Assembly: GCA_963764745.1 (NCBI GenBank)
Contig: CAVXTN010000012.1
Coordinates: forward strand, 458,416-522,415
Direction of reading: 5' to 3'
Source of the DNA: Candidatus Aminicenantes bacterium
GTDB lineage: Bacteria > Acidobacteriota > Aminicenantia > UBA2199
Length of the DNA: 64,000 nt
Shown: positions 59,356-64,000 of the stretch, piece after piece
Layout: each line of letters opens with the position of its first letter
Position numbering within the stretch: position 1 is the first letter of the stretch
Made by a program: the position numbers and the translations under genes
The notes under the pieces: model-generated
What the model saw: the letters and a program-made list of their open reading frames with translations, nothing else
What the model was told of the DNA's origin: nothing
Database searches by the model: none

Positions 59356-61173
59356 TCACCCCGCTTTTTTCAGCTTCTCGTCCTGCTTGCGGCTGTGGGC
59401 GTCCAGCTTTTTCTTGCGCATGCGGACATTCTTGGGAGTGATCTCCAGGAGCTCGTCGTCCTCGATGTAGTCCAGCGCCTGCTCCAGCGAGAACTGCCGC
59501 GGCGGCGTCAGGCGGATGGCGTCGTCCGAGCCGGCGGCGCGCATGTTGGTCAGCTTCTTGCCGCGGCAGACATTGACGACCAGGTCGTTGTCCTTGCTGT
59601 GCTCGCCGATGATCATGCCGGGGTAGACCGGGACGCCGGAGCCGATGAACAGGCTGCCCCGCTCCTGCAGGCCGAACAGCCCGTAGGCCACGGAAACGCC
59701 CGGTTCATGCACGACCAGCACGCCCTTGGTCTTGCGGTTCATCTCGCCCTTGAACGGCTCATAGCCGGAAAAACTGTGGTTCAGGATGCCCGTGCCGCGG
59801 GTGGAGGTCATGAATTCGTTGTTGACGCCGATCAGGCCGCGGGCCGGGATGAGGAATTCCAGGCGCGTGTAGCCGTCGGAGCCCGGGACCAGGTTGCGCA
59901 GCTCCCCTTTCCTCTGCCCCAGCATCTCGATGACCACGCCGGCGTAGGCGTCGGCCACGTCGATCACGGCCAGCTCCATGGGCTCGCAGCGCTGGCCTTT
60001 CACGTAGCGGAAGATGACCTCGGGCTTGGAGACCTGGAATTCGTAGCCCTCGCGGCGCATGTTTTCAATTAAAATGGAGAGCTGCAGGGTGCCGCGGCCC
60101 TTGATCAGGAAGGCCTTCTTGGAATCGGTGCCTTCCAGGCGCAGGCTGGCGTTGTTCAGGATCTCGCGGCGCAGGCGGTCGTGCAGCTGGGTCGAGGTGA
60201 CGAAGCGGCCCTCGGTGCCGGCGAAAGGCGAGTCGTTGACCGCGAAGGTCATGGCCAGGGTCGGCTCGTCGATGTCCATGGCCGGCAGCAGGAGCGGCTG
60301 GTCGATATCGGCCACGGTCTCGCCCAGGTCGATGTCCTCGATGCCGGCCAGCGAGACGATGTCCCCGGCCACGGCTTCGGGCACGCTGACCCGGCTGATG
60401 CCGTCGTAGGTGAAGATGCGCGTGATCTTGTACGGCTTGCGGTCGCCGTTCCTTTTCATGAGCAGAACCTCTTCGCCCTGGGTGACGGTGCCGTTGTGGA
60501 TCCGGCCCGTGCCGAGCTTGCCGAGGTAGTTGTCGTAGCTGATGGCCGAGGCCATGAACTGGAACGGGTTGATGCGGTCGCCCTCGGGCTCCTTGACGTG
60601 GCGCAGGATGGTCTCGAAAAGCGGCTTCAGGTCGCGGTTCTTGTCGGCCAGTTCATAATGGGCGATCCCTTCCTTGGCCGAGGCGTAGAGCACCGGGAAA
60701 TCGAGCTGCTTCTCGTCGGCGCCGAGCTCGACGAACAGGTCGAACACGGCGTTCAGCACCTCGTCGGGGCGGGCGTTGGGACGGTCGATCTTGTTGATCA
60801 CCACGATCGGGCAGTGGCCCTGCTCCAGGGATTTTTTCAGCACGTACTTGGTCTGCGGCATGGGCCCTTCGAAAGCGTCGACCAGCAGCATCACCGAGTC
60901 GACCATCTTCATGATGCGCTGGACCTCGCCGCCGAAATCGGCGTGGCCCGGCGTGTCCACGATGTTGACCTTGTAGCCCTGGAACTGGAACGAGGCGTTC
61001 TTGGAAAAGATGGTGATGCCCCTCTCCCGTTCCAGGTCGTTGGAATCCATGACCCGCTCGGCGATGTTCTGGTTGTCGCGGAACACCCCGGCCTGCTTCA
61101 GGACGGCGTCGATCAGCGTGGTCTTGCCGTGGTCGACATGGGCGATGATGGCGATGTTTTTAAATTTTTTCAT
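59356..61173 (-). CDS. typA: translational GTPase TypA/BipA
   Basis: 605-aa intact ORF ([32 protein letters not shown]) with a BipA-specific C-terminal domain. Confidence 0.95.
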   Translation of the reverse strand: MKKFKNIAIIAHVDHGKTTLIDAVLKQAGVFRDNQNIAERVMDSNDLERERGITIFSKNASFQFQGYKVNIVDTPGHADFGGEVQRIMKMVDSVMLLVDAFEGPMPQTKYVLKKSLEQGHCPIVVINKIDRPNARPDEVLNAVFDLFVELGADEKQLDFPVLYASAKEGIAHYELADKNRDLKPLFETILRHVKEPEGDRINPFQFMASAISYDNYLGKLGTGRIHNGTVTQGEEVLLMKRNGDRKPYKITRIFTYDGISRVSVPEAVAGDIVSLAGIEDIDLGETVADIDQPLLLPAMDIDEPTLAMTFAVNDSPFAGTEGRFVTSTQLHDRLRREILNNASLRLEGTDSKKAFLIKGRGTLQLSILIENMRREGYEFQVSKPEVIFRYVKGQRCEPMELAVIDVADAYAGVVIEMLGQRKGELRNLVPGSDGYTRLEFLIPARGLIGVNNEFMTSTRGTGILNHSFSGYEPFKGEMNRKTKGVLVVHEPGVSVAYGLFGLQERGSLFIGSGVPVYPGMIIGEHSKDNDLVVNVCRGKKLTNMRAAGSDDAIRLTPPRQFSLEQALDYIEDDELLEITPKNVRMRKKKLDAHSRKQDEKLKKAG

Positions 61174-61371
61174 TTTTTAAGCCGGTGCCTGCTTTTTTTC
61201 CCCAAGAGGAGATCGCTCTTCCTGTTTCCGAAATTGAATTTTTTATCGGGACGGGCATTTCCGCGCTTGGAATCATTATACACCAATTCAGCGGGGTTGT
61301 AAATCGGAACGAATCTCAATAAAATAGCGGTTGGCGATTCTTCGAAGCCATCCCCCAAAAGGAGCGAAGCC

Positions 61372-64000
61372 ATGAAGCAAAGATGCCGTGTTTTGGAAAG
61401 AACGATCGTGATCCTGGTGATCTTCTGCGCCTGCCTGCTGCCGGCATGGGCCGCCGACGCCACCCGAACCAAGCTGGCCGCGCTGGAAAAGACCCTCGAC
61501 GCCAGGCTGCTGAACTGGGAACAGTCGCCCGCCAGCGGCCGCTGGGAGCCCTATGCCCCCGGGCGGAGCGTCAGCGCCCCGCAATTCCGCCTGCGCGCCA
61601 GCTTCCAGGCGCCCGCGGTTTTCGCCGCCGCCAAGGTGGCGGGAACGCCCCTGCGGCTGAAGGTCAGCATCAAGGCCAGGGGCCTGGCCGTGGCCACGTT
61701 CTACCTGGACGGCCGCCAGCTGGAGCAGGCGACCGTTCACGGCGAGGGCGGCACCGAAACCGAATGGAGCGGTTCCATCGCCCTGGGCGAACAGGCCGAT
61801 GACAAGTCGCATGCGCTGGAGATTGCCGTGGAGAACCGGGGCTTCGCGCCGCCGCGGACCGGCTACTGGCCCGAGCGCCGCCGCGGGGCGCCCGCGGACG
61901 AGGGCAGCTGGGTCGCGCTGAACGCGGCCGAACTGCGCTTCCCGGCGGCGGAGAAAAACCTGGAAGCCCTGCAAAAATGGCTGCAGGCTTTCCAGCTGGC
62001 CGACACCCTGCTCAATCCCGAGCTGAAACGCTACACCTTCACCGGCAAGCCCTACGATATCCCGGACCGGCGGCTCGTGGCCAAGGACAAGCTGGCGCGG
62101 CTCAACTCGGACTTCGACCGCGCCGTCGCCGCCCTGGACGAACGGGCGCTGGCGGCGGGCGATTGGCCGCAAGTGCAGGCCTCGCTGAAGCGCTCCCTGC
62201 GCCTGGCGGCGCCGGTCAAGTCCTACCTGGGCGAATTCCGCATCAACCTGGTGGGCAACGCCCACATCGATATCGCCTGGCTGTGGCGCATGGCCGAGAC
62301 CATGGCCCTGAGCAAGAACACCTATGAAACGGTCATCGCCAACATGGCGGAGTACCCCGAGCTGACCTACGCCCAGAGCCAGGCCGTCACCTACGAGTGG
62401 ATCGAGAAAAAATATCCCGACCTGTTCCGGAAGATCAGGGAAAAGGTGCGCAGCGGGCGCTGGGAGATCGTGGGCGGCATGTGGGTCGAGCCCGACTGCA
62501 ACCTGATCGCGGGCGAGAGCTGGGCGCGCCAGCTCCTTTACGGCAAGAAATATTTCCGCGAGAAGTTCGGCGTGGACGTGCGCATCGGCTGGAACCCCGA
62601 TTCCTTCGGCTACAACTGGAACATGCCCCAGCTCTACAAGCAAAGCGGCATCGACAGCTTCATCACCCAGAAGCTCTGGTGGAACGATACCACCGTCTTC
62701 CCCCATTTCCTCTTCAACTGGCAGGGGGTCGACGGCAGCACCATCCTGACCTACATGCCGCCGCTGAGCTACGCCAGCGAGCTGGAGCTGAAAGAGGTGG
62801 CCAACGGCGTCTCCAAGTACGAGGCCACCACCGGCAGCAAGGACAGCCTCATCCTCTACGGCCTGGGCGACCACGGCGGCGGCCCCAACCGCGAGATCCT
62901 GGACCGCGTGCGCGGCTACGGCAGGCTGGCGCTGGCGCCGAAATTCGTCCATACCACCCCGAGCCCCTTCCTGCAGAAAAAACGGAGCGAGAAACTGGAC
63001 CTGCCGCTGTGGCAGGACGAGCTCTACCTGGAATACCACCAGGGGACCTTCACCACCCAGGGGGCGATCAAGAAGAACAACCGCCGCACCGAGGCCATGC
63101 TGGCCACGACCGAGAAGCTCGCCGCCATCGCCTGGCTGCTGGGCAGCGCGTACCCGAAGGCACGAGCTGGAGAAGAGCTGGAAGAGCGCCCTGACCCTGC
63201 AGTTCCACGACATCCTCCCCGGCTCCTCCATCACCCCGGTCTACCGCGACGCCCTGGAGACCTACCAGAGACGTTCAGAAGGAGCTGAAGCTCCTGGAAA
63301 GCAAGGCACTCGAACAGATCGCCGGCAGCATCGCTCACCTCCAAGCCTCAGGAATATAGCTTCGCCTGCTGATCGTCTTCAACCCCCTTTCCTGGGAGCG
63401 CGACGACGTCGTGACTCAGCCGTTATGCCCATGCTCCCGAGGGTTACTCACTGGACTGGGTTGCTGACGACACAGGCCGCGAAGTCCCTTACGAGGTCAG
63501 CCACCGGCCGACGACGAGCGGAATGGTCGAGATCTCCTTCATCGCCAGCAAGGTCCCACCCATGGGATACCGCATCTATGGTCTGTCTCAGGATCATCGC
63601 GACTCCCGGCGACATCCGGAGGCTACCGCGCAAAGACCGAGGCCGCGGCAATATCCTGGAGAACGCAGGCGCTGCGCGTTGAGATCGACCCCGCCAGCGG
63701 CAATCTCAAGAGCATCTTCGACAAGCGGCTGGGCCGCGAGTTCGTGGCCCCGGGCGAGCAGGCCAACAAGCTCTGGGTCTACGAGGACCTGCCCGAGAAT
63801 TGGGACGCCTGGAATATCGGCTACACCGGCCGCGGCTGGGAGCTGAACAAGGCCGACAAGGTGGAGCTGGTCTCATCGGGGCCGGTGAAGACCGTCTACC
63901 GCGTGGACAAAAGTTTTCTGGGCATTTCCAAGGAGCGCTACTACCCGACCGAGGATTTTCCATCCTCCTTTTTTAAACAATACATCACCCTGTACAACGG
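61372..64000 (+). CDS. glycoside hydrolase family 38 alpha-mannosidase (3' end outside window), frameshifted as assembled
   Basis: AAGGAG upstream and a signal peptide. GH38 core motifs are GNAHIDIAWLW, GGMWVEPDCN, GWNPDSFGY and LEYHQGTFT. Breaks from ~63155 onward, at least 3 in total. The colinear C-terminal motifs FNPLSWERDDVV and VPPMGYRIY lie in shifted frames. Confidence 0.8.

Overview
This is a gene-dense, high-GC bacterial chromosomal segment. Spot counts of single 60-nt lines give about 70% GC in core genes and 33-50% in a few islands.

Most of the window is housekeeping:
- A roughly 13.6-kb co-directional minus-strand array: hup, tRNA-Val, thrS, infC, rpmI, rplT, pheS, pheT, zapB-like, zapA, rny, ymdB, xseA, xseB, ispA, dxs.
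- The plus-strand nusA, infB, DUF503, rbfA, nrnA, truB operon.
- An operon of a small ORF, polA, a DAK2/DegV fusion and ybgA.
- Also htrA, a dapF-like gene, an AMIN-domain amidase, a DEAD-box helicase and typA.

Accessory blocks:
- A UV-damage cluster (SP-lyase-like, uvsE, ybgA).
- A radical-SAM / NPP-type phosphodiesterase / GT2 triad.
- A ~1520-aa cytoplasmic multi-PAS/GAF histidine kinase with a NarL-type regulator.
- A low-GC DUF2339/DUF3999 membrane locus.
- GH3 and GH38 glycosidases, an alginate-export-type outer-membrane protein and a lactate permease.
- Two tRNAs: Val-GAC and Ala-GGC.

I found no rRNA, CRISPR array, transposase, integrase, reverse transcriptase or recognisable defence or toxin system.

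Caveat: I traced roughly 45-50 reading-frame breaks, almost all in high-GC essential genes, some compensating within tens of nt and some at homopolymers. I read these as assembly indels rather than pseudogenes, so affected genes are reported as single CDSs flagged 'frameshifted as assembled'.

Most interesting observations:
1. The dapF-like gene has both catalytic cysteines replaced by serine and carries an in-frame 3 x 36-nt palindromic tandem repeat.
2. The intact low-GC DUF2339/DUF3999 locus has no known function.
3. tRNA-Val is wedged between hup and thrS, 8 nt from the thrS start codon.
4. Unusual repeat architectures bracket the kinase/regulator operon: a polypurine/polypyrimidine dyad between divergent promoters, and a heptamer-built giant hairpin.
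5. A GTAG-type REP/BIME-like hairpin cluster lies between two convergent genes.
6. Several promoters look leaderless.

Nothing here can be shown from sequence alone to be a complete new system. These are leads.
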